Source of the DNA: Phoronis australis
Lineage: Eukaryota > Animalia > Phoronida
NCBI GenBank assembly: GCA_002633005.1
Contig: NMRA01000405.1
Location: forward strand, 84,702-148,701
Direction of reading: 5' to 3'
DNA: 64,000 nucleotides
Made by a program: the position numbers and the translations under genes. Positions 23,048 to 35,998 of the stretch are shown piece after piece (the stretch's first letter is position 1; each line of letters opens with the position of its first letter). Below the pieces are notes generated by a model. It did not search any database, was not told the origin of the DNA, and worked only from the letters and a program-made list of their open reading frames with translations.

Positions 23048-26000
23048 CTGTTTTCACAAACCTAAGTGACAATGAAATCCATTTTGGCAAACATAATACC
23101 TTTTTATAGATAAGCAAATTCCATTTGACTATTTCATAGTGATAAATAACATAAAAATTGATCTATGAATTGATTTACTTTTTCCGATGAATTATGCCAC
23201 AGCTCTGCTTTGCTGATAATTTGCTGTACACTGTATTTATTGTTTCTCAAAGCCAGATAAAGAACAGCGTCACCTTCAGAAAGAATAAATAGCTGCTTGA
23301 ACATGTCTGCTATGAAATGATCGTTGATCAATTTGTGACCAAAATTATGAAATTTGACAGATTATATTCTTAAATGTTGGTGATTAAAAACATAAATATG
23401 AGAATACCTTATGGTAACTGCTACTGAAACGCAAATTCCATTTGAAATCTCTTAATTACGTGAAAAAAAACGTGTTTCGTGAAGTCTGTTTCCGTTATAG
23501 TGAAAAATCATAATCTCTCAGGATACGCATCGCGTGGCCTACGGAATTTCAAATTGCGGTTGATAATTTGTGATCAAGGCAATGGCTGGTATTACACTGA
23601 AGTCGCATTACTCAACAATGAAAGAAACTGTGAGCTTGTGACTGCTCATTTTTTAAGTTGCCAGTTAAAATGTAGTGGAGTTGTACAGGAAATGTTGATC
23701 AAAAAATGAAACTAAAACTAGTTGCGCTATTAGCCATTTTGTTGTGTTACAAACTATCAACATTCTAAACAGCTATATGTGCACTTTGAATGCAAAGTCA
23801 TGGCCTTGATACTCTTAACCAAGGCTTGACTTGTCAGTTCCTAAACACATACTGGTAAATCATTTCTAATCTGGGTAAGGAACAAGGTAAGACCAATTTT
23901 ATAACAATTGGTATTGGCACAGGTTTATTGCCCCTAGAACTGACAAAAATGTCCTGTGATTTTTGCTTTCCAATTTTTTCAGTAAATAAGTTGTTTTTAT
24001 AATGTTACATGATACATATAAAGCTATTTGATATTTCACCCCAAACTTGTTTCTATTCAGTTTGAAGCTTATGATTTTTTGGCGTTTGACACAGTGCAAT
24101 GAAGTTTGAACTGCGTCACAAGTGAGTTATTAGTTAGCAGCTCAGTTAGTCAGTTAAAATGTGCTTTACTGTCACACGAGAGCACTTGCACTGGCATCAG
24201 GCGAGGTTAAGGTTGGTGAGATTATTACGAAATGTTAACTACATAATGTAGGGCCTCAAATATTGACTCAGAACCAGTGTCCACTTGCATCCACACATGC
24301 CCGGGTCCACCGGCGTATCAAGTTCATTGTGTTGCGCTTCTCAGACAGACTTAACTTGTTAACATGGTACACTCTTCATGTAAAGCCCTTAGTTTAAGCC
24401 ATAAGCTGCTAAATACCAGTCTCCATTTCTGCAGCATTTATTTGCCACCTTGTGCACGGTACAAAACACTTTGCCTTGTTTGTGAGTTCAACTGTTTTGC
24501 ACCTGTTGTTGCCATGGCTACAACTACAACAAGCCTAACCTGATTAGCTTCTGTTTAATGTCACCTTGTTTTAAACTGTAGAGAAGAGCATTCTTTGGGC
24601 AGATGGAGAGGATTTCCCTAATTTCTATTTATAGTGATGTCAGTCCAGGCTGAGCAACCCTTCCTCATTTATCTTCCTGACAGATATCGTTTGTGCGTGA
24701 GTGAATTCATTCATAAACCATTATTTGAGGGTAAATAACCATGCTTTAAAATTTATGACCTGGGTTACAGTAATATGTGTCCCTGTCAACAATTAAAATG
24801 GATTGCGAAAATATGTTTTAGTGTCGTGTTGCGTTCATACATAAGTGAGAATGGTCATGTCATCCACACTGTTGTTTACTGGTTTTCACATGTTTGATAT
24901 TACACCACATTCAGATGATATTTGTAAATAGGCAGATGGGACTGCTGATGAGAAGTTAGATGAAATGCCTCAAACTCCCATTCACAAAGATGTCCTATTT
25001 GTGGTGTTGGAAGTAATTACCATAACATTAACGTGGTCAATCAGGTGTGATCACCTGAGGCTAGTAGCGCCACCTTGTCACAAATCGTGTTCTTGCAGCG
25101 AAGTCTTTTCATGGTAGTAGAGTAGTTCTGGTGTTTGGTGACAAGAATGCAGATCAAGACTTTTCGTCTAATCTTTGTACTCGTAATTGAACTCAAATTA
25201 TTTTTGACTTCTTCCGTTTAGCTATGTCTTTGCGTATAACAAGTAGTTTTTAACATTTATTGGAAGTTGAATTCGTGTATACATTACACCTCCCATAGCC
25301 TGCACTAAGTGTCCTGACTTATCATGACTGCACGTCAAATTCGAGCAGTAGGACCCGCTATTGAACTAAATTAGAGCAAAAAATTCTAGCTCGATAAGTG
25401 TCCATTTTAGTTTTTCCCTGGCAAGATTTATTTTCATTATTTTCGCGAGTTGTCAGAACATCGTTATTGTGTAGTAATTTTACTTGAGTATTTCTATATT
25501 GCATGCTGTCCTGTTTATTGTTTACACAAGTTAATTACTACCTTTCAAACACGCCCATAGACTACCTTGTTAGTCATCGGTTCCTGAATGAATCTCACTT
25601 CTGGCTTAGTGGCAAATCTAATGTGGCAGAGTATCATTGCTTCCAGATCTGGATAGGGGTGGATTTTCATGAATTTTTGGCCTATGAATTTTGTTAGGAT
25701 TACACTTTAGGTACTGATGGCTTCGCTATAAGCTCTAATAATCGTTCAAACTACATTCAACTAGGTCTTTATGTGTACTAGAAAAGTGTCCAAGTTTCAC
25801 CAACTTTGGAACATATTTAAAAATGGGTGATCATATTCATCTGAAACTTTCAGATACTGTGAAAAAAGTGTTTTTGATGTTTCACCTTTAACAGTTACAT
25901 TAAATCAAATTTAGTCAAGTAATTGATACTGTTGTTTTGCAGTCAAAGTATCTTCCTTTTTGCTAAATTTTACTATACATGACCTTGTTAATGTCAGATT

Positions 26001-26108
26001 GACATCAAGTCAAAAATGTTATTCTACAGGCCCTCTACTTTTAGAATTGTTTTTACTGTGCTGTGTCAAAATGTTTAATTTTGTAGATATTGGGCTAAGT
26101 ACTCAAGT

Positions 26109-26359
26109 GGAGGAGGCAGTGTGGCCTGGTTGATAAGTGCCCGCTTTCTTTACTCGAGGTCGTGGGTTCATGTCCCACCTGGTCACACTGCTAAACCCTT
26201 GAGCCAGGTTTCTAGCTTCTCAGCTCGGTTTTAACCATATATTGATCAATAAAGCATAAAAATATTTCCAGGTGTTCAGTGCAATGGGCCCACGTGCGAG
26301 GCCTGCGCACGTCTGGTACAACGTGTATCAGACCGCCTGCAATTATTTTTTTATTATTA
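26109..26359 (+). mobile_element. tRNA-derived SINE, copy 2, with a 13-bp TSD
   Basis: TAAGTACTCAAGT at 26096-26108 and 26360-26372. A/B-box head, (TTA)n tail and a 3' hairpin GTCTGGTACA-acg-TGTATCAGAC. Confidence 0.92.
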
Positions 26360-26402
26360 TAAGTACTCAAGTTTGTCCATGAGGTCCATAACCTTAAACA
26401 TT

Positions 26403-26680
26403 AAGTTACAGAAATAATCAATCAATTACTGGATTTGTTACATAGAGATGGCTACGTTAGGTCCTCCACTCGAGGACTTCATCAGGCCACTGAGGTGTCA
26501 TGTGACTCCCGCGCAAACTGTGCCGTGGATCACATGACGAGTCACGTGACACCTCAGTGGCCTGATGAAGTCCTCGAGAGGAGGACGTAACGTAGCCATC
26601 TCTATGTAACACAAGTCCTGTAATTGATTGATTATTTTTCTAACTTGAGTACTCAACTGGATGACTGAAAATATTTAACA
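26403..26680. mobile_element. Penelope-like element terminal-repeat remnant arranged as a ~106-bp inverted repeat
   Basis: Arms 26403-26508 and 26539-26646 are near-perfect reverse complements. Each carries CCTGATGAAG-stem-(G/C)TAACGTA. The right arm continues into CTGGATGACTGAAAAT, similar to the 3' end of Poseidon-type PLEs. Confidence 0.7.
26557..26599 (+). ncRNA. Minimal type-I hammerhead-ribozyme motif (core variant); mirror copy on the minus strand at ~26448-26490
   Basis: Stem I GUGGC/GCCAU; CUGAUGA at 26562-26568 plus an extra A; stem II GUCCUC/GAGGAC; GUAA in place of GAAA; palindromic mini-helix III (ACGU); putative GUA cleavage triplet ending at 26594. Confidence 0.55.
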
Positions 26681-28679
26681 TTACTTGTAATAACTTTTTC
26701 AGTTTCATTTTCAAAGATCACAGTTAGTGGTGAGTGAGACGTGGTTGTATCTTTAGTGCTGTGGTCTGTTATGGCACTCCATACATGACCATGTTATTAG
26801 CAATATATCAAGACATACATCTCTTTTAGAGTTGTGAAAGCACGGAATTGACTTTTCTTTGAGCTTATTCCAAATTTTGGTGCACTAGACCAGCTAAGGT
26901 GACAGGGATGAATAAACTGTAATTCTTTCATTCATGGATATTTTGCAATGTCGGGCATTTTGAACATCATTTGAATATCCCACTGTATACAAGAATGGTG
27001 ATTTGACGGCATGACGATATCAAAAGAATTCATAATAATGTGAATTTCCCCGGCATTAAGTCTTCATGAAGACACAAGTGAACTGTTGTTGGTGTTGAAC
27101 ATTGGTCACACGGCCGTGTTGCAATGAAACTATTTTCAGATTCTGTCATCGCTATATATCAGAAAATGTTTTTTGAACCAAGTTGAATATGTCGCATCGC
27201 AAAGCGACACCACCTTCCTAGGTTTCTTCCAACCTTTGTAGAAGCAGTGAAGACAGCGCTGAGTATTGGACCTGTCCCCTATGTTTTAGATAAGTAAACT
27301 GAATTTGACCAACAAGAGTGTATAGTTTCTAAGTAAATTTACTTTTCGAATTACCCAATTATAAATTGGAGCCAGCGGCAGCCAAGATGCAAAGCTCTTC
27401 AGAAAGTCAACTTCCCTTGTGTACTTAGTAATATTGCCTGATGAAGAATGAAGCATTTCACTGATGGACACTTGTTCTGCAGTCTCTCTCATACCCATAC
27501 CCATGGCTGAGAAATTGTCATATCCCGTTGGTTGACATAGACTTCAAACTCGTTTCAGTAATTCAAAGCACTGCTCTTCGTCGACCATAATTTCATGAGT
27601 TTTCCTACCTCCGCAAAAGAAGAGAGTTGAATTCAGGAAGTTGGAATTTACATGGCGCCGTTGTATTCCATGATAGAGCTGTAAAGCAGACTTGCTTTGT
27701 GCTCTTATCTGACGTACTTTGTATCCACATCCTAGATACCATGGAAGAGGAAGAGGTTAATTCTATGCTTGACTAAAAATAATCAAGATGAGGCTATAAG
27801 TAAATTTTAGACAACTGTTTTTTTGTTGTTCAAAGGTTACTAAAAAAAAACACTTGCAGTTGAATTTTATTTTCTGTGATGGTTTGTAGTCGAGGTGTTC
27901 TGGTTATTTCATTCTAGTTATTGCAACTTGTTTCCTTCTTTTTTGCATTGTTCTTCAGTAATATTCAACTAACTTGTCTGTTTCATACGCCTCTATATTT
28001 AAAAAAGCAAGTTGTTTTATGCCAACACTTCATTTCCAGTGCTGCCATGCTCAAACGTGTTCCACTAATGGCTCTTTGTTCTTATCGAGGTACTTGTCAC
28101 ATGTCCAGTTATCATGCAAGTTACCTCTAAGCTTGTCGTTTATATCTATTAAATTCTAATTGAAACAAAATATTTAATTAACCACTTCACTGCATGTGGT
28201 GCAGTGACGGAATAAACAGCCATGATATCTCTGTATATCTGGTCATGGTGACCTAGTGGTTAACTCTGGTAGGATAATAGTCAAGTCATGTACAGTTATC
28301 GGTAATCCAGGTATGGTTGGCATGTTGTAGTGATTATGTCAATAGCAGGGGTTCGTTCTCCAGGCGAGAAAAAATTAATATCGTATTTGATGAAATGATG
28401 CAGATCTCACAATTTTTTATATGAAGGTATTTTTCCTTTTGAAATATTTCCCTAATTTTAAACCTCATTGACTTACATTTCATGAATGCTTAATGCACTC
28501 AATTTTCAAAGTGTTGGGAAAATAAGTGTTGGTGTCTAATTAATTGAGAATGAACTTTTGACCACCAAGTTAGGTATGGGATTACACGACTTGAAATCTC
28601 ATATAGAGACAATTAGGTCAAGTCCAAATTGCCGACGTCAAACTAGGCAAACTTGAAACTCGCAAGGACTTATCTAGCC

Positions 28680-28796
28680 AGCAATGCAATGTAGTGCAGC
28701 AATGTAGTGCAGCGATGTAGTGCAGAAATGCAGTGCAGTGATGTACTGTAGTGATGTAGTGCAGTAATGTAGAGCAGCAGTGAAGTGCAGCAATGT
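28680..28796 (+). repeat. Degenerate (GCAGT/GTAGT/GATGT)n microsatellite
   Basis: Imperfect 5-bp periodic repeats such as GCAGCAATGTAGTGCAGCGATGTAGTGCAG. Confidence 0.85.
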
Positions 28797-29614
28797 AAAA
28801 ATGCTAACTTGCTTCATGGAAAACTGTAAGGTTGATAGAAGTGATGCGTTATGTGGCTTGAATCGCATCATCCCTTCAAGGAGTGTGGCTCTGACCTCAT
28901 GATTTGAATTTAAAACCTATTATATAAGTTTTATATAAGTTACTGGAAAAAGCTGTCAGTGGTTAACGACTGTGAAACATTTCTGAATAGCGAATTAAAT
29001 TAGAGAATTGTGTCAGTTTTTTTCCTATGAATTGATTGGCTATTTAAAGTCAATGAACATAGTAGTCATGTTGTGGACTATGATGGCCACTGACAAATCG
29101 CTAGTTGCTCTCAGGCTCATTGAGAAGGGCATTTTAACTTTCCTTGTTCAGCCACTTTTCTATTGCTGTATATATGAGAAATATGAGGTGTCCCTTAGTC
29201 TATTCATTGCTGGCCTCCTGTGGCCATGATCCTGGATCCATAACTCACATTGAAAAGAAGTTCAGTGTCGAGTTCCGTCGACACAAAAGTCTCACAAAGG
29301 AAGGTAGTGATCACGTGCTTCGCTTGTACTACATGGTGATATCTTGCAAAGTCTTGCATGATTTTGCGTCTTTGTGAGGTTGTCCCATCTACGGAATGTA
29401 CAATGTATGCCAGAATACATTTGCAAATGACCACTGCTCTGCTTTCTAAAGTGCCGTTTACACTAGGGTACCAAAGTTGACAAGGAGCAGCTGACACAGC
29501 AAGATGACAGAGAGCAGCTTTAACACAGTGCAACTGTGTGAGTAAAAGGAATGAGTTGTCACATGGTGTCAGATTTGTCACCAGGTTTTTTGTGGTACAG
29601 CAACTTACAACCGA

Positions 29615-29685
29615 TCATCTCATCATCTCATCTCGTCATCTCATCATCTCATCTCATCATCTCACCATCTCATCTCATCATCTCG
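29615..29685 (+). repeat. Imperfect (CATCT)n microsatellite
   Basis: TCATCTCATCATCTCATCTCGTCATCTCATCATCTCATCTCATCATCTC... Confidence 0.9.
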
Positions 29686-30699
29686 TACCTTGTCAACTTT
29701 ATGTAAGATCAGTATTGTTATGACAAAACTGCTCATGTTGTTTTATTGTAATGTAGTCTGACTTGAGTGTTACAACTTGGCTATGTTATGGATGTGTTAT
29801 GGAAATGTTATGATGTTGACCTTTTTGGTTCCACTGTCTTTAGGCTGTGGTCGTTGGCTACTGACCAGCAGCATTATTCAACCAAGGAGGTGACTTGTTC
29901 AGAGTCACCAGCTGAATTAACTCTGATGGGCTTGGTATGCTTAATAATGTACCTGATCTTTATCTTAACTCACCTTGAAAGTGGCTCCTGTTTCCGATTG
30001 CAGTTGAACTTTTCAAAAGATAAGGTGAAGGTGTTGCCCATGTAGGCTTATAAAATTACTCCTCTTTTTGTTCTCGTGGGGCTACAGTCAAAGCTCCTTC
30101 ATGTAGAACAGTCTGTTCTGTTCAGGACGCTGAAAATTATCGATACAACTCAGATTGCTGCCAATTATCTGAATCTAGAATATTGTAGTCTCGTTTTGAA
30201 ATAATTTCCTGAGTTATAGACTACTGGTCATTTGTTTTTCTGGTGATTACCCAAGTTTTCATTTTCATTTCTTTACATTTCTTTATACCAAAGAAGTCTG
30301 GGATTGACTGTGGTTGAAAAAAATTATCTACATAATGTTATGATTGAAATCTCCCGATTTGTTTGTTAGCATAAATTATCCATTTTGACTTCAAACAACC
30401 CTGTGGGTTTTTCAACAACAAGAGCTTATTCTGCACTCAGGTGGCTGGCCACTTGTCATTAATCAATGCTGTCCTCAGTAGGCATTTATTTTTATCCCAT
30501 TGATTTATTGGTCAGTGTTAGTCTGTGATACCCAGAGATATTCCTAGAGAGGCACCGTACAGTTCTCACTAGGTTTTGCCTGACAATTCGCTTGCTCCCT
30601 TTCTCATCCACTCTGTCCCGAAAACTGTATGAACAAAATGACAAGTTGTTGGTCATTTGACATTGAAAGGCTGCTCATGACAAACTGGACATTAGTCAG

Positions 30700-31092
30700 C
30701 GCGAAACCACCACTTCTCCAACAGTACTGGACACAAGCAAACACTAGATTCTCAAAGCAAATTTATTATAAATTCTTCAGATATGTGCTTGAAAATTTCT
30801 GCCATCCAAACTGATTGACTTTCTAAAACCGCTCTGAGGTTGTGGCGTGTCTATTTACACCATGATGAGTGTACCACATATCAGTGTGCGTTCCTCCAAG
30901 AACGCAGGAACTCCTGACGATGGCCGGAGAATAGACCGACCGAAACGTGACTGTGTAAATAGAAAAGAGGTTGGTGTAAATAGACCAAGAGATTTTAATA
31001 ATAGTTCCAAACTGATTATTAAAAATGCAATTCTGGATTGTCGGGATTGCAACGCCACTGGGGCCCCTGCCATTTTGAAGAAGCATCTTTAA
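30700..31092 (+). pseudogene. Decayed C-terminal ORF2 fragment of a CR1/L2-type LINE
   Basis: Translations LLQQYWTQANTRFSKQIYYKFFRYVLENFCHP and HISVRSSKN...RIDRPKRDCVNR...DFNNSSKLIIKNA...LKKHL follow the 'L..l.W....R.....yK.......P', 'H.TRs' and 'wN.LP..ik.a.....FKk.L' pattern of the ORF2 C-terminus. Confidence 0.45.
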
Positions 31093-34000
31093 CCAAGCTA
31101 TGGTGGTGGAGTTTTCCTGTTCACATCATGTTCACAAATACACACAAACCACATCCACTGAACCTGCTTGTTATTGTGTACCTCAGAATTGGCATCAAAC
31201 CTGGCCTACCCCAACAAATTAATTTCTAGAGAGTGCAATTTGGCTGTGATTAGTCTAACTGTTCAGTGGATTTTGCTCTGTGTGTGTGGGACCGTGAACT
31301 TAGCTAGAAAGTGAAGACATTTCCACTGCTTTTGGGTGCAGGTTGAGTACGTTCCGATTCCATGAATTAATTTGATCTCAACTTATTTCAAAATGATGTG
31401 TATAATTGTCTTTAATAATCCCATGCAGAGCTTATCAGGTTATACTGGAATAACTGGAGTTAGTGGAGTTGAATCTTCCTGCTGAACCAATTATAAACTT
31501 CGTTGTGTGCTTCGGGATGTTAAGCCGCTGTGTTAAACAACTTTAACAAAGAGCTACATTCCAAGTCACGATCAAAACAATGGTTTTCAAAAGTGGTGAG
31601 GTGCTGGGCTTTAAATTTTTAGAAAATCATTTTTCACTGATCCTATTATCACGGGCCAGATTCATCTAAGATTTTTTACATCCTTTGTTGCCAGTAAACA
31701 TAGGCATGCTAGCAAATAAACAAGCAAACAGTAGAGAGATATGAGTGGAGTCTGAATAGATAAGTGTGATTAATGTGGCTCATTGGCCCATCTGTCCTAC
31801 AATTAGGGTGACAGATACCTGTATTAGGAGGGCTAGTGTGTGATTTGGAGAGCCACGTTTTCAGAAGTGACATCCAGGTGGTTTTTGGATGGCAATTAGA
31901 GAAGAATGTTATGAGACCAGAAATTGTTTGGAAATTTTGTTCTCGATTGTATACTGTCTACATTTATTCCGTTTGATATTGACTTGTGAATTTCTACATC
32001 CTACTAGACTGTCAGCCATAGAAATATTTAATTGCCTAAATTACGTTTCTGAAACTTTTGTAGTTCCCACTTCCTTTGTGTGGTCTGTAGGCAGAAGAGT
32101 ATTGTGGCTTTGAATATGTGCATGTTTGCATTTTGCTCGATTGATTATTACTGTAACGTGATCACCCAGTTGGGACCCCCTTGATAAGACATTGAAGTTC
32201 TTTAAGGTCTTATCAATTTTTTATTGCCCGCCCACTCAGTGTACGTCATTTAAGAAGTCGTGACAACCTCTATACTGATATGACGTAAAATATTAACTTG
32301 CGAGACTTTTGAGCTTTGAGCAAGGACATTAACCCACGTAATGGTGATCCATGGAGTGCTAGCATTTGGATTTTCGCAAAAAAGTCTAACAGAGGTACTA
32401 GTGGGTGATGTATGAATATCTTGTACTAAGAAAGGAGTAGTTTTTGAAAGTTTTTTGTTTGCGATTTTCGGATAATCTTTCTGTAGTTGATGATGAAAAG
32501 TCGGCAAATTCAGTTATCAGTATAATTTGTGTGGAGTTGTGTACTTACCAGGCATTCTTCTTAAGGTAGCCTTGTTGTTGTGATAAAATGTCACCAATTT
32601 GAGACACATGGGATACAAGTGAAATTGTATTTCTTTCATTTTTGCGTAAAAAAGAATTTCTTTAACGTAGTTACTGTCGGGCAACATTTTGAGAAAGTTT
32701 GAGCATTCACAACTATGTTCGAAATCTTTAAAAATGAAAAATGATCAAGTTTGCGATTGTGTCTGAAGTTGGTGAGTTTTGAGTGCATTTGCATGATTTG
32801 ATTACATAATGTGCATAGTGTTCACATGCCATTCAATCAGAGGACACATTCGACAATCTGGTCAGCCATCTGAAACAAATCTCACATGTGAACTGTGAGG
32901 CCTATTCTGCTTCTTTCAGACTTGCAATTATTAGTCTTGTTATGTGCTTCTATATGACTATGTATGCATACAAAGAACCAGAGAGATGCAGAGCTGTAAC
33001 ATACTCCTTATAAAATAAGTTTATCAAATACAATGATCAAATGCTCTAATGTACCAGTTAATCAAGGGGAGCTAGCGTGATCTCCAGTTTCATGCCTATT
33101 GGAGTCTCTGTACTGGGCATGTTGCAAATCTCAAGGTCAGGTCAGTTTTTTGTTACCCCTGATGCTAAGTGGGGAATTCAGGGTGTTTCAAAATCTGTGC
33201 AACTTATGCCACCGCTCACATTTCTGCCAGTATTGATGATTTTATTCTAGATTTTCAAATTTGATGAGAGGAATTGGTAGTGTATACGAGAGTGTAAACC
33301 CCTTTGACAGCGAAAGAGCAAAATATGCAAATCAAATTAGACCATTTACTCTCAGAAAACTGGTCTTATAGTATGCCTTACTGTGATAGGATTCTATCTC
33401 CTTGCCAACCCTTTAAATTTGGAATTTGAAAGTGGGGCGTGTGCACATTGCCCGTGACTTGCGTTGGTAAAGGACAAAGAATCCTGTCACAGTAAGACAT
33501 TATGAAGGAGACTGAGAGTGCAGCAATTTTTTTTGAAAAACTAGTCTATTACCATCCATCGTAAGTTTCTGTTATTTACAGCGGCAACAGCCTTTGAAAA
33601 ATAGAAAAGTGATTATTCTGTCAATTAGTTTCGTGCTTGTTAAGTGGAGAATTACCATTCAATTATTGCCTGTTGTTGTAATTACAACTTGTCTTGTTGC
33701 CTGTGAAGTAATTGGTTCTCCAAGTCTATGAGCAACAGTGTGCTTGGCTTTCCACCAAGTTGTTCACCTTGGGTCAGACATGTCATGGACCAAGATCACT
33801 GTAGTAATATAATCAGTTGCAGTCTGTCAAGAACAACTGCATCAGAGAATGTGGGTCAGTTCCTGTATCACTAGGGAATGTCACTATCTCAAGTTTCTAA
33901 GTCTGGAGTAACATCTCAGATAAAATGCTTGATATAACATTTTGTAGATGTGAGGAATTCTGTGAAACTGTGATTTTTCTGGTCATTCGCATGAAGTTAG

Positions 34001-34652
34001 GGTTTACCTTGAACTTGGATATAACCCAGTGGTTGAAGTAGCATTTACTTTAAACTCTTGCTCACACAGATGCACATGTCCTGAGGAGTGTTCATGGTGT
34101 CTTTGCTCCAGGCAATGACCTGTGTGTCACTGTTTGTGCAAAATGTACATGAGCCTGTATGTGTTGTTCTCTTGACATTAGGGAAAAAAGATCTTTAGCA
34201 AATGATGATATCTAGACACAAATTGGTCCGTCTCAATTTGACACCGGCACATGTACGGAACATCTTGCCTTTTTTTAATAAAAATAATTGCCAAAATTGA
34301 AATCTCTTCATTTTTCAAAGGGTTCTTGTATTGTTGTAAATACCCACAATTCTATAAAACTTTGTCTGGTGGTGGCTATGCTACAAAACTTGAACATTAA
34401 AAAGCATTAATTTGGTGCTACACATGTTTCATGGAAAAAATGATAAAACAAGATGATTTATAGTAGTCCTCTTTTCCGACATTTTCTAACTTGCCATTGT
34501 TGTTGTCAACTTACTTCATCAGGAAGGTCAGGTGTCCTGCAGCCAGATATAGGAATGAGACCCTGGAATTTAGGTGGTGGGTTTCTTTGTCTGTTGCCAG
34601 TAGAAAGTCATGCTTGGTATTTTGTATTGACTAGATCTATTCTCTATTCCAG

Positions 34653-34681
34653 GTGCCCAGAAAAGCAAAAGCATTGATGAG
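34653..34681 (+). other. Candidate 29-nt internal exon of the plus-strand gene
   Basis: tctattctctattccAG|GTGCCCAGAAAAGCAAAAGCATTGATGAG|GTAAGA, with a purine-rich body and strong splice sites. Confidence 0.55.
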
Positions 34682-35768
34682 GTAAGAGTTTTGCCCATTA
34701 CCGTAGTCATCTTGGGCTTGTGGAATATTGCGCAGCACTACCTGCACTTATGGTTAATTTTTTTTTTGAATTTGAAGAAGAATACGGTAATGGCTGAAAT
34801 CAGTTTTGTTTTGCTCATTGAATTGCTTAAAAGTGCTCAGAGGTACTTGGTCACGTCTGTCCCGGACTGATGATATAGTAAGAATTTCTTGTTTTCTTGA
34901 TAAATTTGTATGTAGTTACATCAGTTCATTGTTCAGGCCATATTGTGTTTGTTATGAATAGGGATAGATGTACCCTTGAATCAAAAGTAATACCTATATT
35001 GCAGTAACTCTCTGGTGTAACTTCAACTCGCCAAATACAAGCCAGCAAAATTTCCAGGTCGCCAAATGGGAAATTAGCTTACAAAAAAAGGAAAGGCCCT
35101 GTGCAGCCTGTGACTCATGACCTTCGTCACGGTCATGCCCTATTAGATTTGACAAATAATCCGGACTCCCCTCTGTTTACTTCCTGTTGTTGTTTTAGCG
35201 GTGCTCAGTTGTGTGCTGAGGGTTGCATTTGTACTGATTTCGCCACAAATTTTGAAGCGAATTGCGGTTGACTCGATGTGTTTTTTCTATATTCTTCTGA
35301 CTTGATTGCATCTTGCAAAAATCCAGTGATATCCTGACTACTTGAGATTTTCGTCAGGTTTCTTTGACAAGCTTCAGGTCACCAATTTGAGCCTTAGCTT
35401 ACGAATATCTAAATTAGCGGAGTGACCAGAGAACTGATACACTGTGATGACAGCAGAGCAGGTTGTCAGTTTTACAAGGAGTACTGCCAACGAGAGTTTT
35501 CAATGTAGATTTTTATTCACTCACGGAGGATATGAAACTGAGAAGTACCAAGGAGTGTCAATTTATGTTAGTTGAATTTTGCTCTCAGTTGTACATTGTG
35601 TTTGATACCTTAATCAGATATCACTGTTGTTGGTGTTTACTTTCGTATTCTTTTCAAATGAAAACTGTTTAATGCAGATGATAATTGTCGAGTATGTTCA
35701 GTCTACACTTGGTGGTGCTGTACTAAAAGTTTCACATTCACGAGAATTCATGGAATAGAGATTGCGTA

Positions 35769-35998
35769 CGGTAACATCTCAACAATATGAGGGACAGGTG
35801 AAATTTTATTTTCTCATTTTTTTCATGATACGTGTTACCAAAATGATGCTTTGGCACATTCAAGTTCTGTACGATAGCTACCCACAGACAATATTTTGAA
35901 AATTTTGTCATTCACAACACTATATGAAACCCCTGAAAAATGAAAAAAGTGCTTTTTTGGCGATTATTTTTGTGTCCGAAATTGGAGATAATCTACCG
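35769..35998. mobile_element. ~230-bp pogo/Tigger-like MITE (related copy at ~55012-55258)
   Basis: TA|CGGTAACATCTC ... GAGATAATCTACCG|TA. Shares TTGGCGATTATTTTTG(TG)TCCGAAATTGG with ~55218-55244. Confidence 0.6.

Noticed and set aside
26900-27600. Possible decayed coding sequence on the minus strand
   Set aside because: Some stretches are stop-poor, but I could not recognise a protein family in any frame.
31453-31478. Minus-strand similarity to miR-1175
   Set aside because: Partial match with several mismatches and no complementary arm for a precursor hairpin.
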